DNA of 64,000 nt from Roseibacillus sp. (GTDB lineage Bacteria > Verrucomicrobiota > Verrucomicrobiia > Verrucomicrobiales > Akkermansiaceae), in the NCBI GenBank assembly GCA_051251855.1, contig JBPOGI010000001.1:1792001-1856000 (forward strand), read 5' to 3'. How positions within the stretch are numbered: position 1 is the stretch's first letter; each line of letters opens with the position of its first letter. Below are positions 20,834 through 29,593 of the stretch, piece by piece. The position numbers were made by a program, and so were the translations under genes. The notes beneath the pieces were generated by a model that saw only the letters and a list, made by a program, of their open reading frames with translations, had not been told where the DNA came from and did not search any database.

Positions 20834-21310
20834 CTATCCTATAAACAGCTTCGTAATCACGAGAACCACCGCACAAACCCCAAGCACCAAGGGACTTCGG
20901 ACCAGCCTCTTGGTAGGTTCTGCAATCAAAGAGAGAGCAAAGACCGATCCGACAGCCAGCAACGAACAAAAAACGGGAAAAAGAGAGAGCTCCTCAGGAT
21001 TCGATATCACCAGCGAGAAAAAACCCCCAATGCAAAAAACGATTCCACTCAAAAACACCATCACAAAAACCCAGCGCAATAACTTATCCGCCCAACCATC
21101 CGAATCACTCAATACCTCAGAGCCACTGCTCAACTCTAACTCTACGCCCTCACTCACAAAAACTCTCACCCCTCCCACCGTAAGAGGCCCCCAAAGTGAC
21201 GAGACCGACTCGTCACAGATATCGGCGGCATAGCCTTCGCTCCGGAGTCTTGAAGCGGCAATAGCAGCTTCGATATGGTCGCTGAATACAAGAGTCCTCA
21301 TCTTTAACAA
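20834..21310 (-). CDS. DUF2007-like domain membrane protein
   Basis: EAAIAASRLRSEGY...GGVRVFV followed by three hydrophobic helices. Confidence 0.6.
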   Translation of the reverse strand: MLKMRTLVFSDHIEAAIAASRLRSEGYAADICDESVSSLWGPLTVGGVRVFVSEGVELELSSGSEVLSDSDGWADKLLRWVFVMVFLSGIVFCIGGFFSLVISNPEELSLFPVFCSLLAVGSVFALSLIAEPTKRLVRSPLVLGVCAVVLVITKLFIG

Positions 21311-21400
21311 AACTTAAAGAATAGACGTAACTGTAGCAAGAACCAACTTTGTCCCTCTCCCCCAAACGCTCGCGAGACTCTTCTGACTCCCATTGACAAC

Positions 21401-21796
21401 CTATACCGACGCTACAATTTCCGCGAAGAGAGCCGAAGCCCAAAGCCAGAAGCCTGCTAGAATCGGCAGGACGGTTAGATAAGTCACCTTCCCCAATCTC
21501 ACGCTCAAAAGGAGAATCAACACCCCAACAGCAAGAGAGAAAAAGACCCAATATTGAAGCACCTCATACTCATCGAGATTCGTAGCTTGGGCAAAAAACG
21601 AAACAACAATCGGAGAAAGCAAGAGATATCCAACCCACCAAAATGAGACGATTGAGGGAAACTCTAAGGATTTATACTTCGGTATTAGTGAAAACAGACT
21701 CACTAACAATACAATCAATCCTCCTACGGAAAGAAAACCGTAAAGCGATATCGCAATCGAAAACTCGAAAGGTAAAAAGTAAATATCATCGAGCAC
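21401..21796 (-). CDS. Hypothetical multi-TM membrane protein
   Basis: 131 aa with about four hydrophobic segments. Confidence 0.55.
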   Translation of the reverse strand: MLDDIYFLPFEFSIAISLYGFLSVGGLIVLLVSLFSLIPKYKSLEFPSIVSFWWVGYLLLSPIVVSFFAQATNLDEYEVLQYWVFFSLAVGVLILLLSVRLGKVTYLTVLPILAGFWLWASALFAEIVASV

Positions 21797-21809
21797 AACA
21801 GTTCAAAAT

Positions 21810-21900
21810 AGTAACATTCTTAAAGAATCGACCTCATCGACTGAAAGTCCTCCTGACTTCTATCACGCTCCCTCCACTCGGCAATCCCCCTCACAACCAA
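21810..21900. repeat. Partial copy of the attC-like spacer repeat
   Basis: acttctatcacgctccctccactcggcaatcccc aligns with acttctaccacgcgcatctccctagtcaaacccc of the 27395 copy, at a similar distance from an AAC. Confidence 0.4.
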
Positions 21901-21910
21901 CACCCCAGCC

Positions 21911-22447
21911 TCATTCCTTACTTTTCTTCTCAATTTCCAATGGAAGCTCTGCCTCCATCAAGGAAACTCCCTCAGGTGCAATCCACGTGATCCTGATGGA
22001 CTTCTGAGAAGTGCCTACGAGCGTCTTCTGTAAACAGATGCCAGTCAACTTCATCACCTGCATCATAGTCACCCCAAGGTTGTCGGGCAACTTCGCTTTC
22101 GAGAAGTCTGCAAAGACCTGATGCTCCTTCTCTCCATACTCAGCATAAACACTGCCACCGACAAGAACGACGAGATTGCTTTCGTTAGGAAAGTTCTCGC
22201 TCGCCCCCGCGATTCGATGAGGAAGCGAGATGGCATGAACGACCCCCTCAGGCACGGCCCCTTCCACAATGACCGGACGCGAAACAATAGTCGCCGGAAG
22301 ACTCTCTCCATTCTCGAACGGATCCGAATCCAACTCAGTCCCAAGCAAACTTGTGGGCTGAAAGACCTCTATCAGCATTCGTTCCGCGCTGAGCTGTTGC
22401 GAAAGGAAAGAACCGAGAACAACCGCAGAGATGAGAAGAAACTTCAT
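21911..22447 (-). CDS. Hypothetical secreted protein
   Basis: Start MKFLLISAVVLGSFLSQQLSA is a signal peptide. Confidence 0.65.
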   Translation of the reverse strand: MKFLLISAVVLGSFLSQQLSAERMLIEVFQPTSLLGTELDSDPFENGESLPATIVSRPVIVEGAVPEGVVHAISLPHRIAGASENFPNESNLVVLVGGSVYAEYGEKEHQVFADFSKAKLPDNLGVTMMQVMKLTGICLQKTLVGTSQKSIRITWIAPEGVSLMEAELPLEIEKKSKE

Positions 22448-22528
22448 ATTCGATAAAGAACATATCAACACACCAAACCTAAGAACCAAGAGTATTCTCA
22501 GTAACGCTTCTTTGCGTTCCCTCAACTC

Positions 22529-22917
22529 CTAAAGCCAAAGAGCGTTCGCCTTCCAATCTTCCTTCTTCTTGGATTCTTGCCAAAGTTCAAACGCCCGTTC
22601 ACGGTCACCAGAAGACGCGCCAGCATACTCAGGACGAGCTGACAAAAAGACCTCCATCTTCGCCGGAACCTTGAAAGCAGGCCAAACCTCCACCTCTTTA
22701 TCGTCCTCAAGTGCGTCATGGTATCTTCTCAAATAGAAAAATCTCGCTCCCAGCCTAATGAGTCCTCTAACAATAGAAAGCCCTACCGGACCTCCAATAC
22801 TTATCTGATCGCCGCCGCCCGAAGTCAGAAAAAAAGCGCAACCAGAACGAAGAGAACTAGGGCAACGCCTCCACCTACAGCAAAGGTTTTCTTCTTGTTA
22901 TCTAACAGAGTCACCAC
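22529..22917 (-). pseudogene. Frameshifted small membrane protein gene
   Basis: The 5' frame (KKKTFAVGGGVALVLFVLVALFF*) stops right after a T7 tract (+ strand A7, 22829-22835). One extra T would join it to the frame of ORF 22529..22732. Confidence 0.4.
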
Positions 22918-22995
22918 GAACTTCTAGCCCCCCTCTCCTCATCAACCTCCGACTCTTCGACTCAATTTAGTTTCCTATTTAACGTTCTGTTAGCC
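22900..22995. repeat. Shortened copy of the attC-like spacer repeat
   Basis: Same ccgactc-N27-cgtNNtgtt spacing as the 26771 and 27395 copies; the minus strand ends in GTTAGAT (GTTRRRY). Confidence 0.45.
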
Positions 22996-23057
22996 TCTCT
23001 CTTTACCATGAAGCCCCTTTGTCAATTCTCTTAATCACAAGCAAAAGCTCAGAAGAC

Positions 23058-24476
23058 CTATTGCCGAACAGTGAGTCGGAAGAATTCAGAATCGGCAGAG
23101 GTAAGCGGAGCTACTCGTTCAATGAGGCTCCCGTCGCCCACAAAGGGCTCCATGCAATCACCCCACTCGAACATGTCCTCGCTTTGCTGCCATTGGTAGT
23201 GACGGCCGGCCTCGGTGACAGCCCCCAGAGTGTGAGGTAGAACGGTGAACTCGACATCAGGCACTGGGGGCAACAGTTGAGTGATATCGGTCGTCGGCCA
23301 CGTGATAGTGCCACTATCAAAAATAGCATCAAGAGAACTACGCATCGTCGAAGAATAGCTTCCGGAACTAGGACGCTTGTTAAACATAACCGCGTAGTTG
23401 ATCCCATCTCCACGCTGGCGCGCCAGTGCGTTGGTACCTGTCAAGGAACCAGTATGATTCCAGCGCCACCCGCCCGGGCTAGGACGTGGTCCTCCGATAT
23501 CGGCTCCTGCAATTTGATAGCGGTGCAACTGCCGTAGAAGGACGTAACCATGGGCCACGATTCTTCCCTGCCCCGTCCGCGCCTCGAAATCGAACCCTCC
23601 ATAGGGCCAGTTCACAAAGGCATCATCGCTTAGAGCAGGATAGAACACGTTATTTGCATTAAATTGATAATCGTAAAACGGCTCACGCGCGTCCTGTTCT
23701 GAAGCAAAAGTGCGCCCCAGAAGCCAATCGTTCCCGTCTGACCCCTCTGGGCCCATAATATTGTTCTGAAGAAAGCTGCGATAGTCCGTTCCGGATACCT
23801 CTTCGACGATCAGCCCAAGAAGAAGATAGCCGATATTCGAATAGGCATAGGTCGATCCTGGTTCGTTCTGGAGCGGCTGCCCCATGATGTAGCGAACCGT
23901 GTTCTCTCGCCCGGGAGGACTCGGCACATCCATCGCGGCAGCAATCGCCCTATCCATATAAGTCAAATCTCCCGCCACTCCCCGGTCCCAGCCGCCGTAA
24001 TGCCGAAGCAGGTGATCGATAGTGATATCACCAAGTCGGGCGTCTGGTGTTCCAAAAGGCACGTAATCGAGAATTCCTACCCCAGGTGTCCCCAAGCTGA
24101 AAACCTTGGTATCGAGAGACAGCAAACCGTCCTCAATCAAGTTGCGAATAGCCGCAGCGGTGAACGGCTTTGTGATACTAGCCACCCGAAAGAGCGCGTC
24201 GGGACGAATCGGCTTCTGCTGCTCAAGGTCTTGCCAACCGTAGGTATGATGAAAAACAATCGTCCCATTTCTCATCACAGAAAGAGACCCCGCAGTAATC
24301 TCATTTGTCTCCATGAAAGTCTTCATCTCGCTATCGAGCACCATCAACTCGGGAACCGGAACACCGACAACTGGAATTTGAGCCCACAGCAACTGCGATG
24401 GAAAAAGAATAAGCAGACTGGCGAGATCCATCGCAATACCGGGCAGAGATTTCATTAATGGCAGCCACCTTAACAC
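23058..24476 (-). CDS. Serine hydrolase (class C beta-lactamase-like) with C-terminal F-x-R-L-x-V tail
   Basis: FRVASITK (SxxK), YSNIGY, HTGS; signal peptide; ends SEFFRLTVRQ. Confidence 0.88.
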   Translation of the reverse strand: MLRWLPLMKSLPGIAMDLASLLILFPSQLLWAQIPVVGVPVPELMVLDSEMKTFMETNEITAGSLSVMRNGTIVFHHTYGWQDLEQQKPIRPDALFRVASITKPFTAAAIRNLIEDGLLSLDTKVFSLGTPGVGILDYVPFGTPDARLGDITIDHLLRHYGGWDRGVAGDLTYMDRAIAAAMDVPSPPGRENTVRYIMGQPLQNEPGSTYAYSNIGYLLLGLIVEEVSGTDYRSFLQNNIMGPEGSDGNDWLLGRTFASEQDAREPFYDYQFNANNVFYPALSDDAFVNWPYGGFDFEARTGQGRIVAHGYVLLRQLHRYQIAGADIGGPRPSPGGWRWNHTGSLTGTNALARQRGDGINYAVMFNKRPSSGSYSSTMRSSLDAIFDSGTITWPTTDITQLLPPVPDVEFTVLPHTLGAVTEAGRHYQWQQSEDMFEWGDCMEPFVGDGSLIERVAPLTSADSEFFRLTVRQ

Positions 24477-24613
24477 ACTCTATTCAATCAGATTAGAATT
24501 ATATTAACATTTATTAACAAACTCCCCCTTGAGCAAAACCACCACACTTCAACGCGGGCGAATTTATTGTCCTCCGTCTAGTTATCCTCCAATAAAATAG
24601 CCATTCGTTGAGG

Positions 24614-26764
24614 CTAATCCTGATTGGTAAGCTGAACCCTAACTCTGGAAAAAACCTGAGCGCTTGAGACTGGCTCTTTTATCACAACCCTCTCCCAATC
24701 GGAATCCATGACCTCAACTTCAACCTCCGAAGTGAATGCCTGCCACTCCGTTCCTATGAGGTTTCCGGTAAACTGAGGGGTGTATTCGATATCCCCTGCG
24801 CGACTCCGCACGAACTCTAAATGCCAAGCTGGCATACTCAAATCATCATCAACGAATCTACCAACGGGAAGCCCGCTCGCTCTCCCTTCAGACATCTCCA
24901 ATCCACCGTTCGAATTGGGCGGAATTCCGAATCCATATTTGACAAGATTCGTCATTCCATCGGAGAGCGGCGCAGCCTCTGGGATTCCCGCCAGCCCATA
25001 AAACCCAGATTGACTCGACCAACGTTCGTAACCAGACAGCTCGTCCCTACCAGCAAGACGACAGAACAAGAGATCCGACCAACTCCCTCCATAGATCTCG
25101 CGAACACCCCGCAGCTCAGTAGTATATCTCAACTGTCCTTCTCCGTTGTCACCCCACGCCACAACCGATCCATCAGCTTTGAGAGCCGCTGAGTAGGTTT
25201 GTCCTGCAGCAATATCAACAACCCCGCTCAGCCCTACCGGAACTGAAATTTGGCCATAGTGATTTTCGCCCCATGCCTCCACGGTTCCGTCGCTTTTAAG
25301 AGCTATCAGATGGGAATCCCCAACCTCAATATCCACTACATCTGACAGATCGGACGGCAAGTTTGGGATGGCAAATGATTCTCCCCATACCTCAATTCTC
25401 CCCTCCGAACGAAGCGCTGCAGAAAAGTGATAAGAGGCGACGACTTTTGTCACGGAAGATAAACCACTGGGAACTGAAATCCGATAACCAGCAGTTGGAG
25501 AATACTCCCACGCGACCACCGTCCCATCATCTCGGAGACCAACGACATGAAATCGGCCTGTGGCGATCTGCGTCAGCGGTCCAATTCCAACCGGTGTCAT
25601 TGGCTGACCATTAGAAGACTGACCCCAGCCGACGACAGTACCATCGGCTCGAAGTGCTATGCTGTATTTCTCACCTGCCCCTACCGCTATCACTTGGTCC
25701 AATTCAGGGGGTACATCCAGCTGACCATACCCATTTTGCCCCCAAGCAACGACGGTTCCATCGGCCTTCAGCCCAACGCAGTGATGAGAACCTGCCGCAA
25801 CTTCTTCAAGTCTAACCAACCGGTGAGGAACCGTACTCTGGCCATCGAATGGCCGTCCCCATGCAAAGACCCGACCATGATTGCTCAATCCGACCACATG
25901 CTGAAAACCCGCATCCACTTCCTTAAAGCCTTCAGGAACCTCCGGAGCAACACACTGCCCATAGAAATTGCCTCCCCAGCACACCACAGTGCCATCACTC
26001 TTAAGAGCAACAGAGAAATCACTTCCCGCGGCAACTGAAATCACGTCGGTCAGCCCAGCTGGCACCGCGGCCTGCCCATCAGCGATGTTCGTCGTTCTTC
26101 CCCTCCCCCATCCAACCACCGTTCCGTCATCCTTAAGGGCGAGGGTATGATAGTCACCTGCATCAATCGCCACCACTCCCGATAGACCGACAGGAGGTCG
26201 TCCCTGCCCCTGAGAAGTGCCTCCCCATGAGACCACGGTTCCATCTGCCTTCAATGCCACCGAATGATACTGACCAGCATCGATCGCAACCACGTCGTTG
26301 AGATTGGTAGGCACCGTGGCCTCATACTGCCCATTGTCACCCCAAGCAACGACCGTTCCATTAGCCATCAAAGCCAGACATTGCCCACGCCCCGTTGCCA
26401 CCTGAATACACTTACCCAATCCTAGCGGGATATCCCCCTCTCCGTTGATTCCTCCCCAGCCCCGAAGAGTTCCATCTTCCAGTAGAACCAGCGATCGAGA
26501 TCCTTTAGAGGACAGAGAAACCACACCAACAAGATTCTCTGGCGCTTCTGATTGGCCCCATATCCAAGGACGACCATCACCTTGAAGAGCGAACGATGAG
26601 GACACTCCAGCGATGACTGAGTTGATCCCCATAAGCAATGGCTCCGAATGCTCTTCCTGGGTGCCACTGAACATCTGACCAGAATACAACCATCCCGGAT
26701 CCTCCCCTCGCACGAAGGAGAGGCTAAAAAGCGGCAGAAGGGCGACGAACCTAAATTGAAGCAT
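24614..26764 (-). CDS. RCC1/BLIP-II repeat beta-propeller secreted protein
   Basis: More than ten repeats of AG.YHSVALKADGTVVAWG.N.YGQ; signal peptide from ATG 26764; ends VFSRVRVQLTNQD. Confidence 0.9.
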   Translation of the reverse strand: MLQFRFVALLPLFSLSFVRGEDPGWLYSGQMFSGTQEEHSEPLLMGINSVIAGVSSSFALQGDGRPWIWGQSEAPENLVGVVSLSSKGSRSLVLLEDGTLRGWGGINGEGDIPLGLGKCIQVATGRGQCLALMANGTVVAWGDNGQYEATVPTNLNDVVAIDAGQYHSVALKADGTVVSWGGTSQGQGRPPVGLSGVVAIDAGDYHTLALKDDGTVVGWGRGRTTNIADGQAAVPAGLTDVISVAAGSDFSVALKSDGTVVCWGGNFYGQCVAPEVPEGFKEVDAGFQHVVGLSNHGRVFAWGRPFDGQSTVPHRLVRLEEVAAGSHHCVGLKADGTVVAWGQNGYGQLDVPPELDQVIAVGAGEKYSIALRADGTVVGWGQSSNGQPMTPVGIGPLTQIATGRFHVVGLRDDGTVVAWEYSPTAGYRISVPSGLSSVTKVVASYHFSAALRSEGRIEVWGESFAIPNLPSDLSDVVDIEVGDSHLIALKSDGTVEAWGENHYGQISVPVGLSGVVDIAAGQTYSAALKADGSVVAWGDNGEGQLRYTTELRGVREIYGGSWSDLLFCRLAGRDELSGYERWSSQSGFYGLAGIPEAAPLSDGMTNLVKYGFGIPPNSNGGLEMSEGRASGLPVGRFVDDDLSMPAWHLEFVRSRAGDIEYTPQFTGNLIGTEWQAFTSEVEVEVMDSDWERVVIKEPVSSAQVFSRVRVQLTNQD

Positions 26765-26770
26765 TTTAAC

Positions 26771-26894
26771 AGAATGTTGAGCACAGCCAATCCAACTGAC
26801 CCAGCGCACACTTACTATCTCTACCACGAGCCCTCCTCCAGTCAATTTCCGACTCTTTAACACCGACAACTTCGTAGCTCTGCGTTATGTTCTA
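26771..26894. repeat. attC-like spacer repeat
   Basis: Aligns without gaps to 27395..27519 over ~112 nt (about 60% identity by eye). Minus strand runs GAAC-ataac-GCAGAGC...GCTGTGC-tcaac-ATTC, with the GTT degenerate. Confidence 0.55.
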
Positions 26895-26909
26895 TCCTTA
26901 CTCCATTGC

Positions 26910-27362
26910 TCACTCACCAGAGACCAAGAGATCTACCTGAAACATCGCCGGCGCTTGCTGCTCATAGCCAACTGACCGATAGAAATCGTGAGCCATCTTG
27001 CGGTGGCGGCCAGAGTAAGCCCTGAGCCTCTTAAAACCGATTGAACTGGCCCACACCTCCGCACCTCGAATCAACACACGACCGACACCCCGCCTCCTCC
27101 AACTCTTATCCACGACAAGCGCACCCAATTCTGCGTAGCCCTCACTCTCAAGAAGTCGCACACCATAGACGTGACACCATCCAACGACACCTCCCTCAGC
27201 TTGAGCAACAAATAGCCCGCTATCGCTCGAACCTTTAATCCCATTAAAGCGGTCGACAAACTCGACCCTTGAGACTGGATATCCAAGCTGTTCGCTCAGG
27301 ACTCCAACCCTTACGAAGTCGCAAGGATTCATCTCTCTTGTCAATATCTCGGGCTCTTTCAA
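26910..27362 (-). CDS. GNAT family N-acetyltransferase
   Basis: LVVDKSWRRRGVGRVLI (motif A), AHDFYRSVGY. Confidence 0.88.
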   Translation of the reverse strand: MKEPEILTREMNPCDFVRVGVLSEQLGYPVSRVEFVDRFNGIKGSSDSGLFVAQAEGGVVGWCHVYGVRLLESEGYAELGALVVDKSWRRRGVGRVLIRGAEVWASSIGFKRLRAYSGRHRKMAHDFYRSVGYEQQAPAMFQVDLLVSGE

Positions 27363-27394
27363 TTATAGGGACATTGGTGAGTAAAGTTTCTGAG

Positions 27395-27519
27395 AGAACG
27401 TTTTAGCATACACAACCCCAATGAATCAGCACGCTTCCACTACTTCTACCACGCGCATCTCCCTAGTCAAACCCCGACTCGCCAGCGAGGTCAAAGTCTT
27501 GATACAGCGTCTTGTTCAT
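27395..27519. repeat. attC-like spacer repeat
   Basis: Minus strand runs GAAC-aagac-GCTGTATCAA...TTGTGTATGC-taaaac-GTTC; homologous to 26771..26894. Confidence 0.55.
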
Positions 27520-27567
27520 CAGGCTGGAGGTCACTAACTAGCCTTACTATTCTCGGCCCGCGAAAAA

Positions 27568-27876
27568 TTAGTGGATTAGACCACTCGCTTCTGGTCGAGA
27601 CCATGCCCAGAAAGCAACAAGCACGAAAAGCGAACAAGCGAGACTGATACAAACCATCGCCCACGTCTTCTTCATTTCGTAGAGACAGGCACCTAACAAG
27701 GACACAGGAACAACTGCTAGAGTGAAACCAAAAACGACGTTATCCCATAGGCTTCCGTAGACTCGGAAGTTGTCGCTGAACACTAGGATAACCAAAAGCA
27801 TCAGTGCTCCGAGAAACATGGAGATCACTGACGCCAGCCACACCAGAACACGAACGATCAAGCTGTAGGGTTTCAT
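27568..27876 (-). CDS. Hypothetical three-TM membrane protein
   Basis: 102 aa ORF with three hydrophobic segments. Confidence 0.6.
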   Translation of the reverse strand: MKPYSLIVRVLVWLASVISMFLGALMLLVILVFSDNFRVYGSLWDNVVFGFTLAVVPVSLLGACLYEMKKTWAMVCISLACSLFVLVAFWAWSRPEASGLIH

Positions 27877-28054
27877 ATTTTCTAGCCAAACAGTGGGTCA
27901 ACTTCGAAAAACTTATATAATCACCTCTTCGCAGTCGAAACTCAAAGCGGCCCCAAGGAAAATTTGAATAACTCAAACCGTTCAGATTCTTGAGGCAGCA
28001 TCTCGCCCCTATATATTGATTCTCTTTAGAGGGCCTTAGTTCTGAGCTCTTCGA

Positions 28055-28924
28055 CTAGCCCAGTTGCCTAGCGGCCTGCAGGGTATTTTTCATCAGCATT
28101 GCGATCGTCATAGGTCCCACCCCTCCGGGCACGGGAGTAATCGCTTCGCAGAGCTCGGCAACTTCTTCGAAGGCAACGTCACCAGTGAGGCGATAGCCAC
28201 GCTTCTTACTCAAGTCCTCTACTCGATTGACTCCGACGTCGATGACAACGGCACCCGGCTTGACAAAGTCTTTGGTGATCATCTCGGGGCGTCCGACTGC
28301 CGCGACGAGAATATCAGCCCGACGACAAACACCGGCTAAATCATTCGTGCGCGAGTGCGCAATCGTGACGGTGGCATCCGCGCCCTTGGCGACCATGAGC
28401 AACGCCATTGGCTTCCCCACAATCATACTACGTCCAACGACGACGACCTCTTTGCCCGCTGTCTCAATTCCGTATTCCTCGAGCAAGCGCATACAACCCG
28501 CTGGAGTGCAGGCCACGTAGCCAGTCGGATCTTCCAAAGTCAATTTTGCTACATTCTCGGGATGAAACCCATCAACATCTTTAGCCGGATTGATCGCCTT
28601 CACAACTTTCGCCTCATCAATCTGCGGCGGAAGCGGCGACTGCACCAAAATCCCGTGCACAGCGGCATCAGCATTCAAGTCCGACACCACCTTCATCAAT
28701 TCTTCCTCCGAAGCCTCTACCGGCAGCACAATCTTGCGCGAGTAGATTCCCAAGTCTTCACAAGTCTTCACCTTGGAGCCCACGTAAACCTGAGAAGCCG
28801 GATCCTCCCCCACCAGCACCACGGCCAATCCAGGGGTGACTCCACTTTCCTTCAATGCCCGCACTTCCGCTCGACATTCTTCCAAGACTTTCGCCGACAC
28901 GGCTTTACCATCAATTCGTTTCAT
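28055..28924 (-). CDS. folD: Methylenetetrahydrofolate dehydrogenase/cyclohydrolase
   Basis: Motifs [38 protein letters not shown]. Confidence 0.97.
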   Translation of the reverse strand: MKRIDGKAVSAKVLEECRAEVRALKESGVTPGLAVVLVGEDPASQVYVGSKVKTCEDLGIYSRKIVLPVEASEEELMKVVSDLNADAAVHGILVQSPLPPQIDEAKVVKAINPAKDVDGFHPENVAKLTLEDPTGYVACTPAGCMRLLEEYGIETAGKEVVVVGRSMIVGKPMALLMVAKGADATVTIAHSRTNDLAGVCRRADILVAAVGRPEMITKDFVKPGAVVIDVGVNRVEDLSKKRGYRLTGDVAFEEVAELCEAITPVPGGVGPMTIAMLMKNTLQAARQLG

Positions 28925-29580
28925 CGGTCACCGAGATTCAAGCTGTCTCGCATCACTTCCTCCACCTTTTTCCGCTCCATCTCGAATTCTTCTCGTCCTA
29001 ATTTACGGGGAATGCCTATTTCCGGCCCAAAAGTGACCTGAACCTTCGAAAATGGCTTCGGAATCTGAAACTTGTCCCAAGACCCGAGTGCCCAGAAGCT
29101 CTCGTAATTCACCAGAAACGGAATGATCGGAACTCCAGTCAGGGAGGCCAGCTTCACGATTCCTGGCTGAACCACATACCGAGGACCTCGAGGACCATCG
29201 GGCGTAATACAAACGTGCTTCCCAGCCTCGATTTCTTTCTTGAGGGTCACCAAGGCCGCCGCACCGCGCCGCGAGGACGAACCACGAACTGAACCTAACC
29301 CAAAACACTCCATCGCCGCCGCCAGCGAAGCCCCGTCTTTACTCGCACTGGTCAGAACCACCCCGGGTCGCAATGCCAACCACGGGGCAGCAGCCGCGGC
29401 CGCTCCAATCATCCGATTGTGATAGAGGGCAAAAATACACGGGCCCTTGGTGGAAGGACCATTACACTCGTAGGCAGTCGACAGCCGCAGAGTCTTCGCC
29501 AATGAGACTGCAAACCAGCCTGCGGCACTTCCTACGGCAGATGCCTTCCAATCTCCTCTCACCTCGTTTTTCTTACTCAT
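28921..29580 (-). CDS. DUF374 lysophospholipid acyltransferase-like protein
   Basis: Motifs [36 protein letters not shown]. Confidence 0.85.
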   Translation of the reverse strand: MSKKNEVRGDWKASAVGSAAGWFAVSLAKTLRLSTAYECNGPSTKGPCIFALYHNRMIGAAAAAAPWLALRPGVVLTSASKDGASLAAAMECFGLGSVRGSSSRRGAAALVTLKKEIEAGKHVCITPDGPRGPRYVVQPGIVKLASLTGVPIIPFLVNYESFWALGSWDKFQIPKPFSKVQVTFGPEIGIPRKLGREEFEMERKKVEEVMRDSLNLGDR

Positions 29581-29593
29581 CTCATCCTCTCCA

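Noticed and set aside
18438..20834. tRNA-Sec, selB or selD near selA
   Set aside because: No tRNA cloverleaf with a TCA anticodon and no SelB or SelD motifs were seen in the window.
24480..24610. Additional attC-like copy between the serine hydrolase and RCC1 genes
   Set aside because: Only one end resembles the repeat (AAC-tagac-GGAGG on the minus strand); the interior does not align.
24960..26600. Periodic DNA repeats as a possible CRISPR array
   Set aside because: They are coding RCC1 repeats, with no identical repeats or unique spacers.
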